DNA of 64,000 nucleotides, taken from positions 4,526,001 through 4,590,000 of the forward strand of contig CM022677.1 of NCBI GenBank assembly GCA_012295275.1. Reading direction: 5' to 3'. The notes under the pieces were generated by a model. The model saw nothing but the letters and a program-made list of their open reading frames with translations, was not told where the DNA came from and did no database searches. Source of the stretch: Chrysomallon squamiferum. Lineage: Eukaryota > Animalia > Mollusca. This document shows, piece by piece, positions 12,530-24,739 of the stretch; within the stretch, counting starts at the first letter, position 1, and each line of letters opens with the position of its first letter. The position numbers and the translations under genes are program-made.

Positions 12530-15365
12530 GAGATTCTTCAGTGTGGTGATGTTGAGAAGTTGATAAGACGTTGCACATCCAACAGTGACCCGAGTATTAC
12601 GTGCACATCAAAGAGACATTCGACGTTATCAAACGTGCACACATAGACACTGGCCACGGAGGTTGCAATCGAATGGTAAAGGAGATAGGCAACAAGTTTG
12701 CCAGTGTTTCCAGGGATTCTACTGAACTGTTTAAGTCAATGTACACTGACTGTCAGTGTAAACCAATGACAAAGGGTGGGGTTGTCTGACCAATCTTGTC
12801 TAAAGAGTTCTCTGCTCGTAGCCAAGTAGATCTCACTGATATGCAATCGTTACTGCAAGGTTCTGTCAAGTGGATTAAGGTGTATCAGGATCAGCTTACA
12901 AAGTTTGTTGTTATCCGCCCACTGACATCAAAGCGAGCTGCTGAAGTTGCAAACCAACTCATGGACATATTTCTGCTATTCAGTGCACCACATATATTAC
13001 AACGGTTCTGAATTTACAGCTCAAATCATTTCTGATTTGCAGGAGTTGTGGCCAGAGCTAGTTATAGTGCTTGGTAAACCACGCCACCCACAGAGTCAAG
13101 TTCTGTAGAATGTGCAAATTATGACACTAAAGACATGCTTGTTGCGAGAATGAGTGAGAATGATAGCGCTGATAGGACTATTGGTGTTAACTTTGTTCAG
13201 TTTCGCAAGAACTCAAGTTTCAATGCTGGAATAAAACAGTCATCTTGTACAACCTTATTTGGCATCAAAGGCAGGATTGGTTTGACTTCCTTTGTTACCA
13301 CATTATGTTATCCACAAGCTACAGAAGGAAGATGACTTACTAGCCATTCTGTCCAGCAGCTCAACTCTACCAGAAACAACTCAACTCTACCAGAAACAAC
13401 TCAACCAATGAGCAGCATAGACAAGAAAAGAAAGCTTGCAGTAGCTGCAGAATAGAAACCAGCTCAGTGTGTTCTTAAGCAGTTGTGTGATTATGAAGGA
13501 TGGTGCTGTTGGTTATAATGTAGCTGTTCCCATTCCACCTGTAGAAATATTCTAGTATTATATTAGCTGTAGAAAACAGACACTATACCTACCACCTGTA
13601 GAAATATTCTAGTATTATGTTAGCTGTAGAAAACAGACACTATACCATCAGTAGAAATATTCTAGTATTATGTTAGCTGTAGAAAACAGACACTATACAT
13701 CTGTAGAAATATTCTAGTATTACATTAGCTGTAGAAAACAGACACTATACATCTGTAGAGGTATTCTGAAAGGAAAATACTCTAGTATTATATTAGCTGT
13801 AGAAAACAGACACTATACCATCTGTAGAACTATTCTAGCATTACATTAGCTGTAGAAAACAGACACTATACCATCTGTAGAAATATTCTAGCATTACATT
13901 AGCTGTAGAAAACAGACACTATACCATCTGTAGAAATATTCTAGTATTATATTAGCTGTAGAAAACAGACACTATACCACCTGTAGAATTATTCTAGTAT
14001 TACATTAGCTGTAGAAAACAGACACTATACACCTGTAGAATTATTCTAGTATTACATTAGCTATAGAAAACAGACACTATACCATCTGTAGAATTATTCT
14101 AGTATTACGTTAGCTATAGAAAACAGACACTATACCATCTGTAGAAATATTCTAGTATTACGTTAGCTGTAGAAAACAGACACTATACCATCTGTAGAAA
14201 TATTCTAGTATTACGTTAGCTGTAGAAAACAGACACTATACCATCTGTAGAAATATTCTAGTATTATGTTAGCTGTAGAAAACAGACACTATACATCTGT
14301 AGAAATATTCTAGTATTACATTAGCTGTAGAAAACAGACACTATACATCTGTAGAAATATTCTAGTATTACATTAGCTGTAGAAAACAGACACTATACAT
14401 CTGTAGAAATATTCTAGTATTACATTAGCTGTAGAAAACAGACACTATACATCTGTAGAAATATTCTAGCATTACATTAGCTGTAGAAAACAGACACTAT
14501 ACCATCTGTAGAACTATTCTAGCATTACATTAGCTGTAGAAAACAGACACTATACCATCTGTAGAACTATTCTAGCATTACATTAGCTGTAGAAAACAGA
14601 CACTATACCATCTGTAGAAATATTCTAGTATTATATTAGCTGTAGAAAACACACTATACACCTGTAGAAATATTCTAGTATTATATTAGCTGTAGAAAAC
14701 AGACACTATACCATCTGTAGAAATATTCTAGTATTACATTAGCTGTAGAAAACAGACACTATACCACCTGTAGAAATATTCTAGTATTATATTAGCTGTA
14801 GAAAACAGACACTATACATCTGTAGAAATATTCTAGTATTATATTAGCTGTAGAAAACAGACACTATACCACCTGTAGAAATATTCTAGTATTACATTAG
14901 CTGTAGAAAACAGACACTATACACCTGTAGAATTATTCTAGTATTACATTAGCTATAGAAAACAGACACTATACCATCTGTAGAAATATTCTAGTATTAT
15001 ATTAGCTGTAGAAAACAGACACTATACACCTGTAGAATTATTCTAGTATTATATTAGCTGTAGAAAACAGACACTATACCATCTGTAGAAATATTAGCTG
15101 TAGAAAACAGACACTATACCATCTGATATTCTGAAAGGGAAATATAGTCAACACCAGTTTGATTTATGTCCTCAGAGACTCCTGAGTGAATCTGACATTA
15201 ACAGTGTGTCACTTTGTCAAGCCAACAAAAAGCAGTCTCAACACGGTGGTCAGAGTTTCGTCAAGTGCAGTTGTAATGGACTTAAGAGATATCGCAGTAA
15301 GAGATGTGCTTGTTTCAAAAATAATGTTTTGTGTAACTGCAGAAGTCACAACTGTGTAAATAGTT
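12530..15365 (+). mobile_element. KRBA2/SCAND3-type integrase (Ginger-like DNA transposon) pseudogene, split by a minisatellite
   Basis: H2C2 region HIKETFDVIKRAHIDTGHGG...CQ. rve core SQVDLTDMQ..YQDQLTKF..RPLTSKRAAEVA..LMDIFLLFSAPHILQ..NGSEF..ELWPELVIVLGKPRHPQSQ. After the repeat: ILKGKYSQHQFDLCPQRLL and the Cys-rich GGQSFVKCSCNG..CACFKNNVLCN. Confidence 0.88.
13540..15125. repeat. ~53-bp minisatellite, ~30 copies
   Basis: Unit tgtagaaatattctagtattacattagctgtagaaaacagacactataccatc (52-53 bp variants), head to tail. Confidence 0.97.
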
Positions 15366-15699
15366 TAAATAAATGAAATATGTATTATGTGTCACCAATG
15401 CATCATACTGGTAAATTTGTTGTTACATGTATTTTATTATTCAATACAGATGAAACATAGTTTAGTTAATAGAAAACATCTAAGAAATACCCTTTAGCCA
15501 AATGACTGGAAATTTTAGTCAGTTTGGCTAAATGACTAGAGGTCAGAGGCATTTGACCAAATGACTGGTTTGACACATTGACTGTAACATGTATACCTGC
15601 TTGTATTCTCGAAGGAAGCTTTGATAATTTTTTTGCAAACAATTGCTGTTTTTGGAGAATTTCTTTTCTTAAACAAGAGCAGTAAGAAAGTGACGACCA

Positions 15700-17140
15700 A
15701 GCAGGCATTATGAATGATAACGTCAGATTCTGAGGATGAGAGTGAAGTGTTGGAATGTGAAATAATAGTGATTTTGAAAGTGAAGAGAGTGACGATGATG
15801 TTGTCAATGATACAAATAATAATAACACGAATGAAGGTGAAGATGAAAATGATTCTGCTGATAATCACAACCAGGTGTTGATGTTTTACAACCTGGTAGT
15901 GGGTGTGGCTGTGGTAGAGGACGTGGTCGAGATGTGACAGAATTCTCAGACTCAGGCAGATCAGCATCTGTGGATGAATGACACGAGAGAGTGTCGTGAA
16001 AAACAATTCAAACCCCGGTCCCAAAAATATTCCAGATTCACTCAATAATGCGAGCAGCACTGCTGACTTTTATACTTTATTCTGGAATGATGATTTATGG
16101 CAGCTCTTTGTTGTTGAAACTAACAGCAGGCAGAACATATCAGAGAAGCAAAACCTTCACATTGTTATTCAAAATATTTAGTTTAACAGAGATAAAAAAC
16201 TAACAGTAACCCTGAACAACAACAACAAAAAAAAATTAAAATTTATTTTAAAAAAATGATGTCACATCCACAGTTTCAAATTTTTACATTGATCAGTGAA
16301 TATTTTTACTATATTCAAAGGAATGATATGAATAATTTTGGTGAGATATCACACCTGGATTTGCACAGATTTTTACAAGAGATAGATTTTTAGCAATATG
16401 GTCTATGCTATATAGTGTAAATGTATTAGACCCGGAGCTAGACAAATCTGATAAGATTTACAAATCAAGGCCCATGTTCAAGCACTTGTTATTATAAATT
16501 TTCTGGCTGCATTATATTAAAAAGAAGCAATCTGTTAGCTGACAAAGGAATGATTCCAATATAAAACTCATTTCTCTATAAAACATTAAAAAATCAAAGA
16601 AAAACCGATAAAGTGGGATATCAAAACCTTCCTACTTTGTGACAGAGAGAATGCAGAAGTATATACAGGTCACAGGAATGATGCTGAAACCATTGAAAAC
16701 CTTGGTGGACTGGAAACCTTGTTATTTGTATGTTGGAACTGTTTTTGACCAGCATTACTGTGTGTGTTTACAGACAGACTCTACACTAGAAATTTAATCT
16801 TTCTGTATATTTTGTGAGTTTCTGCTGGAAAAAAAAATGAGTGGGCAGTGCACTATACAAATCACAAACTTTTTACAAAAAAACTGTTCAAATGGTAAGG
16901 TCAGATAAATAGGGGGACAGTTTGAACAATTGTTCAATGGAATTGTAGCAGCAATTGTTTGGTGTGACAAAAAGCCTATTTAAAGTGCATCTGTGCACAA
17001 ACACCTCCAAGATTCTGGACTTCATGAGTTGGAAAGAGCCTACCCATGCAACATCAAACAGTAGGTGTGTAGTGTGTCTGTACACAGACACACACCTCCA
17101 AGATTCTGGACTTCATGTCATTTCTGCATTAAAATTATAA
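15700..17140 (+). mobile_element. piggyBac (PGBD4-like) transposase remnant
   Basis: Acidic N-terminus, PGPKNIP..STADFYTLFWNDDLWQLFVVETN, DKGMIP (DExMIP), KPIKW..KTFLLCD, VYTG, DRLYT (DRFYTS) and a C-terminal RCVVC. Heavily frameshifted. Confidence 0.8.
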
Positions 17141-17176
17141 AAAAAAGAAAGAGAAAAGAGAAAATGAAGGTTATAC

Positions 17177-18212
17177 CATAACTCCAGACCTCAGTTTTGT
17201 GTGTGAATATTCTGTCCAGAGCTAAACACTTGATTGGCATCTGTATGTCTCTCTGTGTTTTGTGTATAAATATGTTGTATCTGTGTTGTGTGTGTGTGTT
17301 GTGTATTGTGTTGTAGTGAAAAAAAAAGAATAAAATCTAGTTTTCCATACATTTTCCAGTTTATAGCATAATATCTCAAATTTAATCTTTCTAAAATTTC
17401 AGCATATCAATGTTCCCAGTTAATAAAAAAAAATGAATTAAGACTATTCCAAGTTTCAGTTTGTAAGTTACCTATTAATAAGAAAATTGAATTTCAACTA
17501 TTCAGATTTTCAGTTTGTAAGTTACCTATAAATAAGAAAACAGAATTTAAACTTCAATATTTAAAATCTGAATTTGAACCAAGTAAGAAATGTGAATTAC
17601 TACTGTTCCTATCACTTTTCTGCCAGCAGCTTAGTACTCTTCATTAATGTAATCAAGAAGCTTACCTAATCCAAAATCTGTAATCTTCACCTGATTCGGG
17701 GTTTGTACTGTACAAAGATAAAAAAAGAATATTTCTTGCAGCTAGATCTCTATGGACAATACCCCTCTCCTCTAAATAAATCATTCCCTGAAAACAACAC
17801 AGTTTATATGTGTTGTGTATGTGTGTGATTAAGCATGTGTTTGTATGTCTCTCTGTGTTTTGTGTATAAATATGTTGTGTGTATCTGTTGTGTGTGTGTG
17901 TGTTGTGTATGGGTGTGTATATTTGACAACACTCACACTGGCTATCTGAGTACATCGGTTGAGGAGGACTTTAGATCCAATGAGGTCTTTGTTTTTTCTC
18001 ACGAGAACACAGCCAAGTGGCATCAGCTGAGTGATCAACACCATCTGTGCCGTCATGCACACTGCAAGGATTCTGACACATCAAGGATGTTTCACTGACA
18101 CCATCACCCATGCCTCCTCCAACAGCTCCTTGATCTGGTTAGGAGCCCCCTCCTTTAACTCTTTAATAGCTACTGGAATCTTGACATTTTCTCCTTCTGG
18201 TATCCAGTATCC
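17177..18212 (-). pseudogene. EGFR: Intron-containing EGFR/ErbB tyrosine-kinase fragment (3 exons)
   Basis: Exon 18212-17937: [21 protein letters not shown]...[33 protein letters not shown]...[15 protein letters not shown]. Exon 17787-17616: GMIYLEERGIVHRDLAARNIL..VQTPNQVKITDFGLGKLLDY..EY*AAGRK. Exon 17240-17177: MPIKCLALD-RIFTHKTEVWSYG. GT-AG introns fall at the EGFR positions. Frameshifts, a stop and lost conserved Trp residues. Confidence 0.9.
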
Positions 18213-18339
18213 CTGGTTAATAGTAACAATAGTAATAATAACAACAACAACAACAATAATAAAACAGTAATGATAATAATAATAATGACAGTACATTCAC
18301 CAGTGTGTCCAGTTCACCACTGGTTTAACACTAACAGCA

Positions 18340-19420
18340 AACACACTGCAGCACTGAGTCAATGAGAAGTTGTAAATGAGTTGAATTGTGACCACCACCC
18401 TGTACTCACAAATTACTATAACTAGAAAACCTTCTCCATCAACTCAGTATTTACATCCAATTGAAATTTCACCAAAGCAGACTGGGAAGGATTCTACAAA
18501 GAATGGAAAAAATATTAGAATAAAAAAACCCCAAAAACTAATGACTCACATTGCACTTCACTTACAACATGATAGACTCAGCTGTCACTGAACACAAAAC
18601 TAAAACCAAAAACTGCACTAACAAAATATCCACTGAGTGGTGAACTGAGCTTATTGGAAATAAATAAATACAGAAGACAATACAAAAAATCTAAACAAAA
18701 TCTAAACAAAAATCAAACTACACTTGAAAAATACAAAACAGTCAAAAACATTAGTAATAATACTTGGTCTTTTTAATGCAACTTGGTAAACAGACTGGAA
18801 ACTTGCATAAACCTTACAAATACCATTCACTACCAATCAACTGCAGACCAGTTACACTCACATCACACATGTAAAACCCTTGACACACTGGTAAAACACA
18901 CACCTGAACAAACACTTAAACAAAAACAATTTAACAAGTAAATAACAAAACACTACAACAGTTTACTAAATTCCATTCAGTAAATAAAAAATTAAAAAAG
19001 TAATTACAGTAGTCATAGATTTCTAAACAACCAAATACAAACATACTAAACAACTTGAATGACTGCCTTTAAACTGAGAGATAAAGATTTCACTTAGACA
19101 ACATGCCTCCTCTCTAATAAAGTAAAATAAAAAAGAAAGGTAACAGCAAAATAACACTACAAATAGATAACCATTTAATAACTAAGAAAAAGATTCAAAT
19201 TTCACATTCGACAGCCAACTTCGGATGCCAAATACTGAAAATAATCACATCTTGTAAAAACTTTTACCAAGCATCAAACTGCCTGACAGTCTCGTGTTAG
19301 AATAAAACATACAACAAAATACAGACAAAAACTACACACACTAAAATACTGTGTTAAAATCCACTCTCAGTAATAAACATCTCATGAAGGATCTAGTCCC
19401 TGATCAACCCTTTAAAATTC
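18340..19420 (+). mobile_element. Degenerate LINE ORF2 (end of APE endonuclease, linker, RT remnants), I/Jockey-type
   Basis: VVNELNCDHHPVL (SDHxPI motif) followed by NFTKADWEGFYKE (WNFxKADWxxF), later LKSTLSNK (cf. WIKSFLSNR). A/C-rich coding-strand skew. Confidence 0.65.
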
Positions 19421-19725
19421 ACATTTCACTACTATCTAGTTTTGAAACTCACCTTTCACTACTATATAGTTTTGAAACTCACCTTTCACTACAATCTAGT
19501 TTTGAAACTCACCTTTCACTACTATATAGTTTTAAAACTCACCTTTCACTACAATCTAGTTTTAAAACTCACCTTTCACTACAATCTAGTTTTAAAACTC
19601 ACCTTTCACTACAATCTAGTTTTAAAACAAACCTTTCACTACAATCTAGTTTTAAAACAAACCTTTCACTACAATCTAGTTTTAAAACTCACCTTTCACT
19701 ACAATCTAGTTTTAAAACTCACATT
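19421..19725. repeat. 30-bp minisatellite, ~10 copies
   Basis: Unit tctagttttaaaactcacctttcactacaa. On the minus strand most units contain AAG|GTGAGT. Confidence 0.95.
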
Positions 19726-20186
19726 TTCTCATCTTCTGGAAGTCTGGCAGTTCAGTGAATCATCTCACATTATCTCATCTTCTGGAAGTCTGGCAGTTCA
19801 GTGAATTATCTTACATTATCTCATCTTCTGGAAGTCTGGCAGTTCAGTGAATCATCTCACATTTTCTCATCTTCTGGAAGTCTGGCAGTTTTCACAAAAC
19901 AAAGTTCAGTGAATTATCTTACATTATCTCATCTTCTGGAAGTCTAGTTTTGAAAAACAATCTCACCAGTTTTCATCTCACATTAATCTAGTTTTAAAAC
20001 TCACATTATTTCATCTTCTGGAAGTCTGGCAGTTCAGTGAATCATCTCACATTTTCTCATCTTCTGGAAGTCTGGCAGTTCAGTGAATCATCTCACATTT
20101 TCTCATCTTCTGGAAGTCTGGCAGTTCAGTGAATCATCTCACATTTTCTCATCTTCTGGAAGTCTGGCAGTTCAGTGAATCATCTC
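19725..20186. repeat. 46-bp minisatellite derived from the 3' end of a transposase exon
   Basis: Unit atcttctggaagtctggcagttcagtgaatcatctcacatt(t/a)tctc, ~8-9 partly interrupted copies. The minus strand reads MIH*TARLPEDEK. Confidence 0.93.
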
Positions 20187-22970
20187 GTTGTTTTGTTTGC
20201 ACTGCAGCACAGATCAGTCTAGGGCGTCCAACAACTGTGAACATGCAGCTTCCACAGGATTTCCCTATGGTACGATAACCTAAAAAAAAAAAGAGACATA
20301 AAAATAAATAAGTATTAAAACAATCACTGCAAATTGTTATAATTTTTTCAAGTAACAGTTTCTAAATAATTTAATTACTAATTTTCCATATCAAAAGTAA
20401 CAATATCAATAACTTTAAAACTTAAAAACTAAGTAAGAATATAAATGTATGTATGGTTATTTGAATTAGTTTACTGTTTTAAGCTCCTTTCCTATAAAGT
20501 TTAATTTAATGTTTGTTTTAATTTATCTCCAGATACAGAAGTGAAGTAAACGTTGGGGTGTTTAATCTTTGCTTTACAACAAACATGTATACATATTAAA
20601 TTATATACATATATCGACACGTATATTCATCTATACATAAATCAAAATATCTATACATCGTTATACAGGTATATATAAAACCCACAAATATACCAATCTA
20701 TTCATTCAAATAACTATGTAGTATTAAAAATAAAACAAATTCATTAAAACATGACACAGTGGCAGTATGATCAAATTTTGCATAATAAAAATAATGTTCT
20801 GAGTACCAAGGAGAGGAACAAATATTAATGAGCAGTTAGAAAGAAAAAAAGTAGATTTATCAATAGTTATAATTTATTTGGTTGTGCAAGTGCTCTTGAA
20901 GAATCTTTTGTGTGAAGTCACAATCAACTTACCTCGTGCAATAGCAAGTTGTCTGTAATGACTCAAAGTGAAGCCTTCATCTCAGGTGTGTGGAGTATGT
21001 TGACATCACTTCTCTTGAATCCTGTACTTGGCCAGGTAAGCTGAGTGCATGGTCCTCCACAAAATGCTGCAGAAACTGGACAACCTCTCTGTATCATCAG
21101 AACTAAGTACACTGGATTCAATTTTCTCCCACCGCATGTTTTCTGTCTTGGAGTTACTCCATGCTGACGTAGAGCTTCAGCAATGCTGTTAGTTTATTCT
21201 GACTAACGCTGTAATAAAGAGATTAAAAAATATTTTTGTGATTGTTCTTTGTAGCAACACTTGTATATAATCATTGGTATACTAATCAAATATCTTTGGT
21301 ATATCTAGTCTAAAAATACAATGTGGGGAAATAAATTAAGAAACCCCCTCCTCAATAAAAAATATTACAATATATATACTGAACTGGATGACTGAAAAAA
21401 AAGTAAAATAACAACTTAAAAGAATACTTCGATTTTACCATTCAATTCTTAATTAATCATGTATTCTAAACAGTAATATTTCGCAAATTAGTATCAACTC
21501 CAGCAGAACACCACTACTCATGATCAATGGACTAGAACACACACTTACCCATCAATGACTTGGAAGGTTTCTCTACAGTTTTAGAATCTATGATGTAGCA
21601 ACATCTCTGGAGTTTACGTTGTTTGTTGCCAGGGTTTTAAACATGTCATCTCTCCATTATTCCTAATACTTGACAGTACTCCAAGTAGAATTGTGTCTTT
21701 TTTAGCTTCAAAACACAAAATATTTATTTTTAAAATTATATTACAATTTAGTCAGTTACCTGTTGTTTAAGAAACATTTTTATATTATTCAATAATAACT
21801 TAATATATTATATGTTCACAGTATTACAGAATTATGCAAGCAAAGTATTGTGATATAAACTAATGGTTAATTCCATCCATCCAGTGAACATCCTCTTCTT
21901 TTTAAAGAATATCTTACTTTAATATGTAAACATTATAATTTATATTGCTAAATTCTTTCAAAGTTCATAAATTTTGGAGGTTTAAGAAAAGGTGGATATT
22001 ATATACAAAATTATTTTATGGCTAAAATTAATACAAAACATTTCGCTAACCAAAAATGTATTCAATGTTAAATATCTATGCTCGGCTACTATTGATATTA
22101 ATATTATTATATAACTTGTAAGTTAAAAAAAAATCCAAATGAACTGTTATTTTAATAATTTTTGAAAACACTAAAATGACTACAAACTGAGGATAGACCC
22201 TTTATCTATAAATATTACAAACTATGCATTCTTATCTTCACTGAATTCTGCCATATTCAATCTCCATTCCAGCACTTCATCTCAGTCAAATTGTACAACT
22301 TTTACATTTTCTTTATCAGCAATCACATCACATGACTGATTAATGTCTGGTTCAAGTGTTGAAATGAATTTTGTTTCAATCAGAGGTCTGTCGCTACTTT
22401 CATCTTCAGAAGTGATCAATACACACCAAACAAAATTTAATTGAGAATCAGTGTCATTTATCACTTTCAATAACAGAAGAATCAGTAAAATAATTGTGGA
22501 TAAAAGATTGTACATCTTCTGAATCGGTACTGTCCAAAATATTTGCTCTACATGCAAAATTTAAAGCCTTAGTTAAAATTTCAGCATGCATACAGTTAAA
22601 TGCCATCTTGGAAATTACCTCACTTGCCAGAAGTATTACATCACATGATATTCTTGACAAGGGAGTGAAGGGGATTTCCATCCAAGTAATCCTTTGTTTA
22701 CTGTTCAATTCTTATTTTGTTCTTATACATTGATCTCCTATTTTAAACTCAGCCAGTCAATCTCTGCATATTTAGAAAGCCGTGAAAACAAGCTTTCCAC
22801 TGATACCAGGGTGAAAACATTGGCTGAATATTGAATTTTTCACGCAGTTTTAATTAACAAAAAACAAAGAATTATCTCATTTAAGTGCATTTTTGAAGCA
22901 TATAGAACAATAAGTGTTTTACTAACACAAAATGTACATAAATGGATAAACTATCAGTTTAAATTAAAAT
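20140..22970 (-). mobile_element. Sola2-like transposase gene with spliceosomal introns (decayed, 3'-truncated)
   Basis: Exon ~22606-22236: MAFNCMHAEILTKALNFACRANILDS..FIHNYFTD..EVLEWRLNMAEFSE, donor mutated to ATAAG. Exon 21705-21549: AKKDTILLGVLSS...CRETFQVIDG. Exon 21208-20933: VSQNKL..LRQHGVTPR..VVQFLQHFVEDHALSLPG..GFKRSDV. Exon 20279-~20140: GRP.TDLC..CKQNNEMIH*TARLPEDEK. These match the ..HGxxPR..A..LPGRxPG..DLC..CQQN.. layout of Sola2/DUF7869-type proteins. The superfamily name is from recall. Confidence 0.7.
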
Positions 22971-22974
22971 CTCA

Positions 22975-23575
22975 ACCTACTCCCAATGAGCTGATTTTGG
23001 TTGTTACACACAATTAGACAAGGTGACATCCGACTCATTTCATGGTGGCAGGTCACAATTATAGAACAAAAACCTACTCCCAGTGAGCTGACTTTAACAA
23101 GGTGACATCCAACTCATTTCATGGTGGCAGGTCACAATTATAGAACAAAAACCTACTCCCAATGAGCTGATTTTGGTTGTTACACACAATTAGACAAGGT
23201 GACATCCAACTCATTTCATGGTGGCAGGTCACAATTATAGAACAAAAACCTACTCCCAATGAGCTGATTTTGGTTGTTACACACAATTAGACAAGGTGAC
23301 ATCCAACTCATTTCAAGGTGACATCCAAGGTGACATCCAACTCATTTCATGGTGGCAGGTCACAATTATAGAACAAAACCTACTCCCAATGAGCTGATTT
23401 TGGTTGTTACACACAATTAGACAAGGTGACATCCAACTCATTTCATGGTGGCAGGTCACAATTATAGAACAAAAACCTACTCCCAATGAGCTGATTTTGG
23501 TTGTTACACACAATTAGACAAGGTGACATCCAACTCATTTCATGGTGGCAGGTCACAATTATAGAACAAAAACCA
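22975..23575. repeat. ~97-bp tandem repeat, ~6 copies, at the transposon/host junction
   Basis: Unit aaaaacctactcccaatgagctgattttggttgttacacacaattagacaaggtgacatccaactcatttcatggtggcaggtcacaattatagaac. One copy is shortened. Confidence 0.95.
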
Positions 23576-24530
23576 ACAGTGGTAAAAGAAACAAACAGTA
23601 ACAAGAATGAAAAAATAATTATAATTCTAATATGTATACTTTTCCTGAAAACTTGACATCTCAGTTTTCTGTGATTCCCTGTTACTTAGTCGAAAAAAAT
23701 CAATAAATAAAATACATGTGTCATTAGATATATGTATCATTTAAAGTTTTAAATACCCCAAAAAATCAATATTACTAAAAAGTGATATTTTAATTTTTGT
23801 TATTATTATTATTTTTTTATGAAGATAACATTTTAGAAATGACTCACCAATATCAGTGTCCTGTAAACACTCAAAGTGGTCTTCTGAAACTAACTGAATA
23901 TCATGATCTACATTTTCCAATGGAACTGGGCATCATAACTGTGATTTCCACTGAAAATTAATAACAAGAATCAGAAATTAACAGAATTTTTGTTTTAACA
24001 TAAACAATGATAAGTGATAGATAAACACATTATTCAAATAATAGTAAATTCTGTAAAGGTAATACTGTAATAATTCAAAATATCTGAGATACATTATTCT
24101 ATAATATAATAATAAATGTGCATATGTGTATGTTTTGGTGTGTTTTTTGATTCATTAAGTTATTACCCTTTAGCATTGCTATGATCCAGAATCCATGTTT
24201 TGATGATCTTCTTGTAAAAGTTCTTTTAAACAAAAGGATCAACACCTTTTGGATCCAGCATGTTCATCAGTCAGATGAGACATTCTTCAGGCTGAAAGTT
24301 AAGCAGCAACAAAACAATGTATTAGGAAAGGAAAGATGCGTTTCAAGAATTAAATAAAAATATTGATAACTAGGACAGTATATTTACACTGTAAACAGAT
24401 ACTTTACAGCATCTTAAATAAATATTAACTCAACTGGTCTGACAGAGTACAGCGTTGTATTTGTTGATTTAATAAACACTTACTTCAAGCTGATCACTAA
24501 CTGCACCTGCTAAAATACACCAACTCTAAA
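23557..24530 (-). pseudogene. Inverted dead partial copy of the KASH5/LRMP-like gene at 55.9-56.85 kb
   Basis: The reverse complement aligns by eye, exons and introns, to 55930-56850. The EF-hand-like exon reads PEECLI*LMNMLDPKGVDPFV*KNF, i.e. two stops where the other copy has R and E. Confidence 0.85.
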
Positions 24531-24739
24531 ATAAAGAAGAAATATTTTATTTAAGAACATACACAGCATGTTTTTTACTAGTTTTTCATCTCTTAAAAGG
24601 TAAACTAACTATACAGATAATGAAAAAGAAACCCTGTTTCTAAAATATGGAGTGACACCCTTTTAAACAAGCAACCAAAAATATTTTTCTAATGTACATC
24701 TTTGCACATAGAAAAACAAACACATATAATCTTAGAGTA

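Noticed and set aside
17177-18212. Functional EGFR gene
   Set aside because: Frameshifts, an in-frame TAA, deletions and missing flanking exons.
19351-19804. Repetitive ORFs (SSFKTHLSLQ)n; likewise 45549-45959 and 51322-52323
   Set aside because: They are open only because the minisatellite unit lacks a stop in that frame. No coding context.
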